Assembly (NCBI GenBank): GCA_013239625.1 | Contig: MU053574.1 | Location: 619,844-683,843 of the forward strand | DNA: 64,000 nt | Source: Lama guanicoe | Taxonomy: Eukaryota | Direction: 5' to 3' | Part shown: positions 13,281 to 24,428 of the stretch, in pieces | Layout: each line of letters opens with the position of its first letter | Numbering within the stretch: the first letter of the stretch is position 1 | Notes under the pieces: generated by a model | What the model was told of the DNA's origin: nothing | Database searches by the model: none | What the model saw: the letters and a program-made list of their open reading frames with translations, nothing else | Made by a program: the position numbers and the translations under genes

Positions 13281-14154
13281 AGGAATGAGGCAAAAAGTGA
13301 AGGTTAATGATGATGAAATCAATAGAAATTATTATAACAAAAATTCAGTAATTCATTAATAACAGATCCATCTCAAATAGAAATAATGAGTAATATGTTC
13401 TCAGATTGCTGATAATCCAAATAATGATGAGTAATGAGTCAAATGATCCAACTGGAAAAAGTACTGAAATTTTGACATGAAATACTGACATATAAAATTC
13501 ACAATATGTAGCTAAAAATCAGAAAATCTATGACAACCTAGTAGTAACGTATAACCGATTCTAAGTATTTAGGTTCAATCACCACACCAGAAACTTTATG
13601 TGCTCTGAATCCCTACAGATTATAGGTGAAAAAAAGCTTCATAGAAATTTTCTTTAACTTGACAGTCCTAAATATTTATGACATTATCAAATGAAATCAT
13701 TAATTTGGAAGAAACTTTTATAAACAATTTCATCATTCTTACCAGGAAAAAGACTGAATTATCTTTGTGTTCTCTGTATAGAAAATGATCTTCAACCTCC
13801 TTGTTGAGGTGAAGTGTATGAAGCCCAAATACGTAACTTTTATTGGGTTGTGTTTGCAGCTTAAATATATTTTAATGACATTTTTTATATGTGTGGGTTT
13901 TGTCCATTTAAAAATTTGGAATTTGCACTATTCATTCCAAATAAATATAAAGGATACCCCTCAAATTGTGTAAACTTTAGACTCTGCAACTTCTGAGAGT
14001 ACCTTGAAATCAATGAATCTCTGAGTATAAATAGCAATTTGTGGGAAAATTCATTCAGTCTACTTTCATAAAGTTTAAAAACATGTATAACTTAATATAT
14101 TTACAGATTAAATACTAATGTGGTAAAATTACTAGGAAAGGCCCACGGTGGGCT

Positions 14155-14465
14155 CAGGGGCACAGTGAAATTATGATTTTCGTGGGCCCTAAGCACTTTT
14201 TGCCTTCATGGGTACTTTCCTCCTTAAAAATATCAGAAATGATATTTTATGACTGTTGATATAAAGACCAATAAACGGTAAATGTTAAAACATTTTTCTG
14301 TGTAACTGAGTAAGAAACTAACACATCGTAAGTCAACTAAACTTCAAAGAAAGTTTTTCCCATCAACCTAAAATTTCACTTTTTTTTTTTATTTTATAAA
14401 AAGTTAAAAACACTTTGGGGTGTCCCTGGCCCAAACTACTATGTGTAATAGAGAAGTCCTCCTGT
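14155..14465. mobile_element. MER96B-like hAT DNA transposon with a small L1 3' fragment inside
   Basis: gtgggccctaagcacttttgccttc motif; CAGG...CCTG ends. Confidence 0.6.
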
Positions 14466-14839
14466 TCAGTAATCAGGGTGATACTCTGCTTCCTACACCG
14501 TGGTGAGTAGCTTATTTTATAAATATTCTTTAAGAGCTACTTTAATAAAAACGTATGTACTCAGCTCTGCAAGGATATACATGAGAATGGTTATCTCAAG
14601 GAAAGAGAAATTCAGCTAATTTTTACTGTTTGTCTACCTTTCTTTCAAAAAAAGTTTTTTTCAATAGCCATCCAGATCCCTCTCTTTCAAAAGTGTTCAT
14701 ATTATTTTTAAAATGATACATACACAACTGATAACACAGTATAGCTTGAAACGGTTTTTTAACTTTCTTATTCAATCAGTGTTTCTGAACATGGCCGACA
14801 CTTTTCGCAGAGCAGAGAAAACTCCAGAAACGAGGGGAG

Positions 14840-16560
14840 TAACGGTCGCGGCCACGTGCCCAAGCTTCGCAGGCTGGGTTTGCGGAATTTCCATAACGGC
14901 CGTCACGCGGCCCCGGGCCACGCCCCTTTACTGGAACGTTCTCTGCCGCGCCCCTCCCCGCCTCCCCCGGTCTCCCCGCTCATTCTTCGGTTAAGGTTCT
15001 CCTAGGTGAGGTCGTCGTGGCTGGCCCGTCTGCGCTGGGCCCACCTCGGCGTCCGTCCTCTCGTTTGGCGCCTCGGTCAAGACTAGTGATTGTTTTACTC
15101 TTCTGCTTCCTCCGTTAGAGTGTCAGCTAGCGGTGAGTCCTCACAGTCAGTCAGTAGTAAGCGTTAAAAAGAAAAAAAGGGTAGGCTTTCCAGAGGTCGT
15201 TCTGTCAGTCTGTGTTGTTTGTCCTCGTCCAGTGCTTACTGTATCCCTTCTCCGTCATACAGTTTGGCTGTGTTTCCCCAACTAGGTGTTGATTTTATTG
15301 TTATTGACTTTTAGGTCTCTAAAGGAAATCCAGAGAGAAAAAAAACCCTTTGCGACCCGTAACACCTCCTGCTGAAACACCTGAGGCGTTGGAAAGAAGA
15401 AAAAGGACTGAAGGGAAAAGGCAGCAGGGTGAGCGTCTAAGTCGTCTAGACCGCGACGTCGGGGCGCGGCCGCTCCCCGGAGAAACCCTGGTCTAGGCCA
15501 CGGTCACCCATCGGCTGCCAACTTTCGCCCCGCTCCTAACCCGCATAGACTCTCCTGATTGGCGGGCCCCGCAGCCCGGAAGTGACACCAGCGCCCGGCT
15601 TCTCGGCCCCCCGGCGGAGCCTGGGCGCGTCTCTTCCCACGCCCCGCCCCTCCGGCCACCAAAACAAGCGAGCTGCACAGGGGGCGGGGCCTGCGAACGG
15701 CCGACGCCGCGCAGGGGGCGGGGCCTGGGCTCGCGGCGCCCTCGGGTTGGGCGGCCGGACGCGGACGGAGGTGCTCGGGTGCGCGCCCGCACTTCCGCCC
15801 TCGGCCGACTGTTGAGCCGAGGCATGGAAGTGGGCTGGCGGTCGGCGCGAGGCCGAGCGGGGTGAGGAGAGCGGTGGGTTGAGGCCACAGGACCCGCGGG
15901 CGTAAGCGCTTGCGCGGCCGGTGCGCGCGGGGCGGCGTGGAGTAACGGCTGCGGCGCGTGAGGCCCGGGCGGATGGGGGAGGGGCGGCGCGAGCTCGCTG
16001 GCTTCTCAGGAGAGTTGCGGCGCCTGAGGCGGGAGTATCCCCGAGGCGCCCGGTGGTGCCGCCCTGTTGTGCCTCCTGTTCCCCTGGACCCCAGTTCCTC
16101 CGTCCGCGTCCTCTACCCTGCCGTCTCGTGTGAGCTGTTTTTGGCCCGGGCACTACGGAGTTTCCGTGGGAGTGACTCGGGGGTCTCGCTGTAGCAAGTC
16201 TGTCTGCTGGACGCCCCCTCCTTCCTCCTGCTCCAGGGCTCGTCCCTTTGGAGAGTGTGGCTCTCCCGCTTGGCCACCTGAGTCCTCCCTGCCCCACCTG
16301 AAGGCGATGGAGGGCTGACAGCCCCCAGAGGGGCTTTGAGTGCCATCCGCACTCTCCAGGAGCGAGAATGTGCCAGAGACTGGAACTTCGGGCCCGTGAA
16401 ACCTGGCAGGAGGCTGGAAGGGAGACGAACCCCACGGTTTGCAGTGATGAGTTAGTTACTGTCCCAGAGCTGAACTTACCTGCATTCGCTAATGGGCGTT
16501 TTTGAGTCCCTCGCTGGCCCCACCGTGGAGCCGAGGTCTCCGGAGGAACTGCTCCCCCTG
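14840..16560. promoter_or_regulatory. CpG island / TATA-less SETX promoter
   Basis: Abrupt GC- and CpG-rich segment with GC boxes (GGGGCGGGG near 15680 and 15715), inverted CCAAT (ATTGG near 15558), and ETS motifs CCGGAAGTG near 15576 and CACTTCCG near 15790. Confidence 0.9.
15790..15873 (+). other. SETX: SETX exon 1 (5' UTR); donor ambiguous
   Basis: Inside the CpG island. Candidate donors follow 15861 (GTGAGG), 15873 (GTGGGT) and 15901 (GTAAGC). 15873 was chosen because it resembles my recollection of the human exon 1 end (GAGAGCG). Confidence 0.6.
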
Positions 16561-16752
16561 TGGAGTCAGATGCGTACTTGCACTGTCTCTTCTATTACGG
16601 GTAGACCCAGGGGCGAGTTGTCTGACCTCTCTGAGCTTGAGCTTTTTCATCAAATAGTTACATTTGGTTCTACTCTACAAAGATGGATGTGAAACTCAGA
16701 TAAGATGGTATAAAACCCACTTCCTTAGTTTTGTTTTGTTTTGCTTTTTCAG

Positions 16753-16869
16753 AAATGTTCTTTGGGGGCCAGAGTCTGGGTATCTATGAGTGCAGATCCT
16801 CACCCATTCTCAAATAAGCCCAGGAATCTCGACTGAGAGGATTACTTCTCTTTAGGCCGTTACCCTCAG
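16753..16869 (+). other. SETX: SETX exon 2 (5' UTR, 117 nt)
   Basis: T-rich tract + CAG acceptor at 16750-16752, donor CAG|GTAATT. Resembles the human SETX 5' UTR as I recall it. Confidence 0.75.
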
Positions 16870-17154
16870 GTAATTATATTCTGACACAAACACTTAAAAC
16901 ATTTTTTCAGTCATTTAGTATGTGCCAAGCACTGAAGTAAAAAAGACAACACAAAACGGATCCTTGCCCTCTGACAGAGCAGGTAGGTGGAAGACATAAG
17001 TAACCTCCTCAGCCCAACATGGTAAGCACGATTATGGAAATGTGTACAAAGTCCTGAGGGGACAGAGAAGAACATTGTCAAAGACAGGCTGGAAGGGAAA
17101 GGATGAGTCAGACAAGCCCCCAGATGATGATGCTCAGGGATGGGTTACACGTAG

Positions 17155-17312
17155 GTAGTTCTCAAATCTGGCTTTTTATCAGAATCACTAGAGTTCTTTT
17201 AAAATGAATCTGAATTTCATCAATAGTATCTCAGCATCCCCCCGCCTGCCACCCCCTCATCCCCCCAAGTTCCTTTGGTGAGTCTGAAGTGCATTCAGGG
17301 CTGAGAACCAGG
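17155..17312. mobile_element. MER5-like hAT-Charlie element
   Basis: Inverted termini gtagttctcaaa ... gctgagaacca. Confidence 0.55.
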
Positions 17313-17901
17313 CAGACGTATGTAGGGTTGGTGTTCAAGGCAGTTTTAAAAGAGCTTCCGTAAAGGCAGATAATGAGACACCAGGAAGCATTCTGGGAAG
17401 AGCAAGTGAGAGGGAATGCACGAGGTGATGCTGAAGCCAGGTCATGGAGGGCCTTGTGTGGTGAATTCAAAATTTTTAATTTTATCCCCCAAATGTAGAG
17501 TTATTTGTGCTTTCAAAGTCCAGCTTTTGCTTTGGCCTTTGGCAGCATTTTGGAGGAAAAATTGGTGGTGGATCAAACAAGAGGCAGGTCATTTAGTTTC
17601 TTTTGTAATTCCGACAAGTAATGAAAAGGTATTAAGCTAAGGCGGTGGCAGTCTCACTGAGAGTGTAGAAGTAACTAATTGGTAGACTCTGGAACTCATA
17701 GACATGGGGGCTAAGGAAGGAGAGTGTAGGATAAGTCACAGGTTACTGGTTTGAAAACTGAAGGGATGGTCATGCCATGGATATAGAGAATACAGGCCAG
17801 ATAACAGCTTTAAGAGAAGGGCTTTGTTCTGTTTTGGTCCTGCTTGCTTTGAGGCACCGGTCAAGTGGGTGGAGATTCACTGTATGCAGTTGGATTCTGA
17901 G

Positions 17902-18066
17902 TACAGTTGGCCCTCCATATTTTTGGGTTTTGCATCTCCAGATACAGAGGGCTGACTGTTCATTGTACTGTTCTGTTTTATGTAAGGGACTTGAGCATCT
18001 GCAGATTTTAATATCCATGGGGCGGCTCCTGGAAAAAGTCCTCCGCAGATACTGAGAGACAGCTGT
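17902..18066. mobile_element. Tigger/MER2-like DNA transposon remnant
   Basis: TACAGTTGGCCCTCCATAT ... GATACTGAGAGACAGCTG termini. Confidence 0.65.
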
Positions 18067-18642
18067 TTATCTTTGTGGAATGCTAGGCTTATTTTTCATT
18101 TATTGAGTAGCTGAAACGAAGTTAAGCATTGTATTGAGTTGTGCCTACATTCTCTAGGGGAAGCTTCAATTTAGGTAGTAGCTGAAACAGTGGTTTGAAT
18201 TAAGACATCAAGAAAGAGGACATTGAATAAAGAGGTTAGAGTCCTGAGGACAAGGTTTGGAAATTTTGATAGTAAGAGGTGGAGGAAAAGGAAGATGATC
18301 ATGAAGGGGATTGAATAGAGGAAGTGAAAGGAAAGTGATATCTTAGCCAAGGAATACGTGGTTAGCATTTTCATATGCTTTAGAGGAGCCAAGTAAAGGA
18401 TCTGTTGAATTTGGTGGTATTAGGAACTTTTTGAAAACGTGCAGTGAAATGTAAGGTGGAAGCCAGAATTCAAAGGAGTTGAAGTGAATCTAAATTACTT
18501 TTTCAAGAAGTTTAGCTAGGCAGGGTAGAAGAAACAGATTGTTATTTGAAGTTTCTGGCTAGCTATTATTGAGAAATGATACCCCCTGGGTAAGTCTGTG
18601 GAAAGTTACAGTTCTATCTCTGGTGTTATTGACAAATCAGCT

Positions 18643-18706
18643 TTTTTTTTTAGCATTTTTTTAACATTTTTTATTGATTTATAATCATTTTACAGTGTTG
18701 TATCAA
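18643..18706 (-). mobile_element. Very short (about 65 bp) L1 3'-end insertion with 15-bp TSD
   Basis: ATTGACAAATCAGCT at 18628-18642 and 18707-18721; reverse complement of the 3' end of the 6866-7068 element. Confidence 0.85.
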
Positions 18707-18922
18707 ATTGACAAATCAGCTCTTGATTTGATGCATGGGAGCAGCTCTTATTTCTGTCCTGCAGCCCCATTAATGATTCCATAGTGATTCCAAACAGTTA
18801 AAAACAGTGATGAAATTAACAGAACTGCTCTCTAGAAGAACTAAGTTGTGCAAAAATGTGTAGGATTCAGGATCATCTACCAGCAGTTTTCCCTTAAAAA
18901 TTGCAATATAACCTATTCAGAT

Positions 18923-19120
18923 TTTTTGGCAGGGGAGGTAATTAGGTTTATTTGTAGATATAGATATTTTATTCTCCATTTTTTTATTGAAGCATAGTCA
19001 GTTTACGATGTTGTGTCAATTTCTGGTGTATATATTTTTTAATAGAGGTACTGGGGATTGAACCCAGGTCTTCATGCATGTTAAGCACACGCTTTACCAC
19101 TGAGCTATACCCTCTTTCCC
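18923..19120 (-). mobile_element. Vic-1-like SINE with an L1 3' fragment embedded in its tail
   Basis: Antisense B box (ggggattgaacccagg) and A box (ccactgagcta); L1 text at about 18978-19030. Confidence 0.8.
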
Positions 19121-19175
19121 TCCCCACCACTCTCATTCTGATTTGGGGGGCTTAGCTGTTGGGCCAGTGAAGATT

Positions 19176-19300
19176 TTATTTTGTTTTTTTGTGGGGAAAG
19201 ATAATTAGGTTTCTTTATTTAATGGAGGTACTGGGGATTGAACCCCAGACCTTGTGCATGCTAAACATGCACTCTGCCACTTAAGCTATATCCTCCCCCT
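19176..19300 (-). mobile_element. Vic-1-like SINE
   Basis: Antisense A/B boxes and the characteristic taattaggttt tail. Confidence 0.85.
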
Positions 19301-22300
19301 CTGGAGATTTTAGATTTGGGGACATAACCACACCCTTTTGAGAGGAGCTGTGGAACATGTTTCTGTTGTGCATTGGCCTTATAGCGCCGTTCTCTCTGCA
19401 TTATAAATTCCATGGCACTTAACTGTTAAATGGCAGTAACTCCCATCTACTTGGAGAAAATTTAGTTCCGGATTTTGGCATGTGAAAGTGGGCCAGCTCT
19501 CTGGGTGAAATAAAGAGCAGACTCCATAATTTTCCTATTAGGAGGTTTCTTTTGCTAACTGCTCTTCTGTTAATAATTATTTTAAAGTGTACACCAGTTT
19601 ATTTGTACTTCAGTACCTTAATTTTTTCAGAACTTCAGTTGACTGCACTATAATCTGCCCAAATCAAGCTTGAAACAGTTGATGTTTGAGAAACCCATAA
19701 GTTTCATTTTCTGTTCTTGAGTCATCTAGAAAGTGAAACTTACTGAATTGAATTAGATCACCGGAAACTTCTAACTTCATAGTATTATAGTATTGGCTGC
19801 TCAGATATAAGAAATTCTTCTTTGAATGAAATAACTTATGTCCTGCAGAAATGTAGTGTCCGTTATATTACTTGGTATTCCCTAGTTTGCAGCATCCTTC
19901 AAAAAATGTAATTGAGTTAGAATTAGTGTCAGGAAAGAGCAGGACCCTCCAGTTGAACTAGCATGTTACTTTCCTTTTTTTCCCAAATGAAGACTGTGTG
20001 ATTTAATCATGTCATCTTTTGCTCTGCTTTTCAAAAGGAAGCTCCTAATTTAGGATTTAGTGAAATGAAATTTCTTCCAAATAACTTTTGATTTCCCTCT
20101 CTTTTTTAATCTCCTTTTAAAATGTCCTTTTCTGTGTGTACTTTAATGTTGAAAGCTGCCCTAAGTTCTTTTTTAGAAGCATGAAGAAAGTATACAACTT
20201 ATATTTAATGAATTTTAAAATCGATTCACAAGACAAATACATGTTTTTGATTACACAGAGATTATAAATTCTGTCAAGATGTGATCCATTTCCCATTAGC
20301 AGAGCCTATGCACTTTGAATTTTAGAGTGGTACGCATTGAGAAACTTCACACTGCCAAGTTTCTGTACCTAAGTATTCAACGACTTGAGTCATGTTTCTT
20401 ACCCTTTTATTATCCCTTCTCCCTCTCTGAAAGGAGACTTTTTAGACATTTCTTTCCTATGAGTTTCCCTTGAATTTTAATACCACCAGTGTATTATATA
20501 CCTCTTTATGTACTTTATATATGTCTGTGCTTTATGCATAAAAAGAGTAGGACTTTTTTGTGTCTCCCTAGCCAGTTTGATGTCCCTCCCAATAAGAGTG
20601 CACAGGTTAGGTTCACCCAGTTATGATGTGAACTTCGTGGGGTTTATATTTGGGTTTGTAACTTTTTTCCCATTAGTCTGATACTTTACATTCGTAGGAT
20701 AATTAAGGTCAAGTTTTTAAGGTCAGGCTTTTGGGGTAATTTCCTGGCCCAATTCCCAGTAAAACAAAACATTTTCATATGATAGAACACTTGGTTCTAT
20801 TCCCTTTGGGTGTGGTTTTCTTCCTTGTCAAAGACTGGCTAATATCTGTTTGGATAATTCCTTAGGCTTGTCTTGCAGTTTTTCTCATGAATGGACTGGG
20901 GTTACGGGTTTGGGGGAAGCATACAGCAGAACTGAAGTTCTTTCCTCTTCATGGTATGCCAGGGATTACCAGCACGACTTGCTCCTGGCAATGTTAACCT
21001 TGATCACTTGCTTACCATTGTTTTGGCCAGGGGTTTCCACTGTAAGTGTGACCTTTACATACTGTCTTCTTTGGAGTGCTTTATCAAGTCTACTCCTCGC
21101 TTAAGATGGGATGGGGTTAAGCTCCACTTCCTGGAATGGGGAGTATCTGTATCACTTTGGAATTCTTTCTTTGGGCAAATTTGTCGCTCCCCCACATTTG
21201 TTTATTCAGTCACTTGCATCAGTATAGAGTCATGTATATTTACTTTATACTGTGGCTGATAATCTGGTATTACATTATTTTGTTATTTGTTTCAGCTTTG
21301 GCCACTGAGAGCTCTTCCGGTGTCTTGAGCACTTTTTTTCTGTCACCATAAGATGTCGCAGACTCACTTGTATTTTCCCTGCCCCAGCCTCTTACTTGTT
21401 TATTTCAAAGCAAACATTTGCTATTTGTTTAGCCACAATGCATTGCTTACTGACAATGTGCTTTCTATTTACTTGTATATGCATTTAGTTATTTATAAGA
21501 ACACAGCATCTTAGCTTTTATTGCACCTCATTAGAGTTGGAGATCTGTTTGGATTTTGGCTTCCACCTTATTTGCTAATCCTCTGTTTCATGCATCTGCA
21601 GTCTGATAAACTTGCCTTAACGTATATCTTCCTTAAAACTGTTGACCCATTGGGCTCTTGGGATTTCCCCTTGTTTCCTGGTAAACTTGCTACTTTGCTG
21701 TCTTTGAGACTGCTAGGATATGGGAAATTTATTTCATCTTAACCCTTTCACTTGAGTTTAGGTGGCGGAGGCTCCAAAAGGATTGTAAAGCAAAAATCGG
21801 AGTTAGTCAGAAAACTGCGTGTGTCACACTTACTAGCAATAGATTGTCAACGTTTGTAGTTATTACAGTTCATACTGCATCAATGAACAGTGAATTATGA
21901 GCAGCAGTTCATACATACGTGCAAATTCATGTATATATACTTTCTAACCAAGAGAAAATTCATCTCTCTATGAATTTCTATTATTGGTATGGACTAATAT
22001 TTATAGATTTTTAGGTTTCCAGGGATTTCTGGAGCATGGCTTCAGGAAATATGAAAAGTTTCCTAAGCTTTTCACTTGACTCCAGTCCATTATTAGAGCA
22101 CTCCAAAATCTGTACTTTGAAAACATTGATAATACATATTTTTCATCAATACTGCATAGTTTTGAGTCTTCTTTATAGCACAACTGAACATTGCCTAATG
22201 ATGTTTATCACTAACTGCTCTCATTTCACTATTTTTCATGTGTCACAGATAAAAGATTTTAGGAGTAGGCTCAGGTTGAGTTTAGTCAGTGATTGATAAA

Positions 22301-22459
22301 CTGGCCAGCAGAATGGATGTGGTCAAGACACATTTTAAGTTGAAGACAGGATCGTTACTAGAAAGTGTATCCATTTGTCACACAGAATAGGCCTGAAGGG
22401 TTGTGTTGTTCTTTTTTCTCAAGTCTTTCAGTGTCTTCTTTTCTGGATGTAGGTACAGA

Positions 22460-22636
22460 ATGAGCACATGTTGTTGGTGTACGCCTGGTGGTGTTTCCAC
22501 CATTGACTTCCTACAGCGCTATGCATCCAGGATCCACTCCAGTGAATTTCAGACAGCCAACGAAGACCTCTGCTACTGCTTAGAGTGTGTGGCTGAATAT
22601 CACAAAGCAAGGGACAAATTGCCACACTTACATGAG
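22460..22636 (+). CDS. SETX: SETX exon 3, coding part (exon starts 22453); MSTCCWCTPGG...LPHLHE
   Basis: Acceptor TAG|GTACAGA then ATG; donor GAG|GTAATT; 177 nt; recognisable senataxin N-terminus. Confidence 0.97.
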
Positions 22637-23676
22637 GTAATTGACATTAGATGGGCAGTTTTTTAGAGCTTGATAATTAGGAAAAGAATAAATTTGAACT
22701 CTGTTGGAAGCATTCAGGGAACTGATGATGTGATTTAACTTTGAAGGCCGATATATTTCTAGTACCTGACTCATTGCCTGGTATATGGTAGGTACTGAGT
22801 AAATGCTTATTGACTGATGGAATTGAAATATAAAGCAGAATTTTATAATCCTCTTTTAGTCATTTTGATATAAAACAATTTTATGAAATGAAGTGATGTA
22901 TGGGGGTTTTTTGATTCATGTTTTTATATCATTGTGTTTGACAGTGTTATTCTGAAGTATCTGAATGGCTTGAGTTATTTTTTCGTATGACTAATACTTC
23001 TTTTTTCCCCTTCTCTTTTCGTTTCTTAACAGGTAAATGTTATAAACCAGTAAGAATAAGTATATTTTTCAGTCACAGTAACCAAAGTGAAACACATAAT
23101 TTTAAGTACGTGGGTTTGAATATTTGGTTTATTACATTTATCTGCTGAAAATTGGAACACAGATCATAGAGATATGTATAATAATACAGAAATTTGAGGA
23201 GAGGGGATGATTCGTTATGAACCTGTTGAGAAAACTTTTACAAAGTTACCCTGCTTCCAAGTTTTACAAAGTTTTCTAGCTGACTGATGTCTTTATGCTG
23301 AAGCTGATGTTTTCAGGTGGGTACCTATGGCTGGAACACAGAAGGGAAGACATGGAACACCTAGCTCTTGCCTTGACCAAGACGCTCCAGCTACTCATTT
23401 CCTTTTTAATAGAGTGTAGTTGATAGAGATAGTGACATATTTTATAGTAAAACTCCTCAAGAGCATCTCAAGCTCTGTGTGCTCATGTTCATGTATCATA
23501 CAAACCGTTTTTATGTTTAGTGGCTGTTTTCTTCAAAGCTAATACATGATGTTTAATACTACTTTAAACTTCTGAATTTTTATACTTAGGAAGAGGCTTT
23601 CTAGAAAGATCATCGCATCCAGTATACTTTGTTGTTAAAGATATAAAGCACACTGCCCATTTTTCTTTCCCTGTAG

Positions 23677-23884
23677 ATTTTATGGGAATTAGAAACCTTA
23701 CGTCTCATAAACCACTTTGAAAAATCCATGACGGCAGAAATGGGAGACGACGACGTGTACATAGTAGACAACAATGGGGAGGCACAGCTGTTCGACTTCA
23801 CTGGCCAAGACTTCGAAAATAAGCTGCGAGTTCCTCTTCTCGAAATACTGAAGTATCCTTATCTGCTTTTACATGAGCGTGTTA
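23677..23884 (+). CDS. SETX: SETX exon 4 (ILWELETLRLINHFEK...LLHERV)
   Basis: CTGTAG acceptor, A|GTGAGT donor, 208 nt, in frame. Confidence 0.96.
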
Positions 23885-24172
23885 GTGAGTATCTTGGGTA
23901 TTCCACAATTACATCAGCTTTATTATTTTAAGAATTGTAAGCATTTTGGTTTATCTATATTGAAAATCTGTTTGTTAAACATATAATTAGGATACTTAGT
24001 ATTTTTCCCCAACATTTTATTATGAAAGTTTCCAAACATACAGAAAAGTGAATTACACAGTGAATACCATATATACACCACGTAGATTCTGCAGTTACTA
24101 ACATCCTGCTGTATTTGCTTTATCACATGTTCATCTAAATTCAGTTAACTTTCTTCTTTGTAATTGCCTATA

Positions 24173-24428
24173 GCAGAGTTTCTCAGCCTTGACACTGTTG
24201 ACATTTTGGACTGGATGGTTCTTTGTTGTGGGTGCTGTGCTGTCCGTTGTAGGATGGTTAGCAGCGTCCCTGGCTGCTCTCCACTAGATGACAGTAGTTC
24301 TTGCTCTCCCCACTACCCAAGTTGTGACAACCAAAAATGTCTCTAGATATCACAAAATGTTTCTTGGGAGTTGGGGCGCAGGGCCAGGGAGAGGCAGAAT
24401 TCATTGCCCCTGGTTGAGAACCATTGGT
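24173..24428. mobile_element. MER20 (hAT-Charlie) DNA transposon
   Basis: cagagtttctcagccttgacactgttgacattttgg ... ccctggttgagaaccattg. Confidence 0.8.

Noticed and set aside
1..14800. 3' exons of the neighbouring gene expected upstream by synteny (TTF1 in human)
   Set aside because: No recognisable coding exon; the region is mostly explained by repeats.
15493..16435. 299-aa and 131-aa minus-strand ORFs over the promoter
   Set aside because: Low-complexity R/G/P/A translation expected from stop-poor CpG-island DNA; no recognisable domain.
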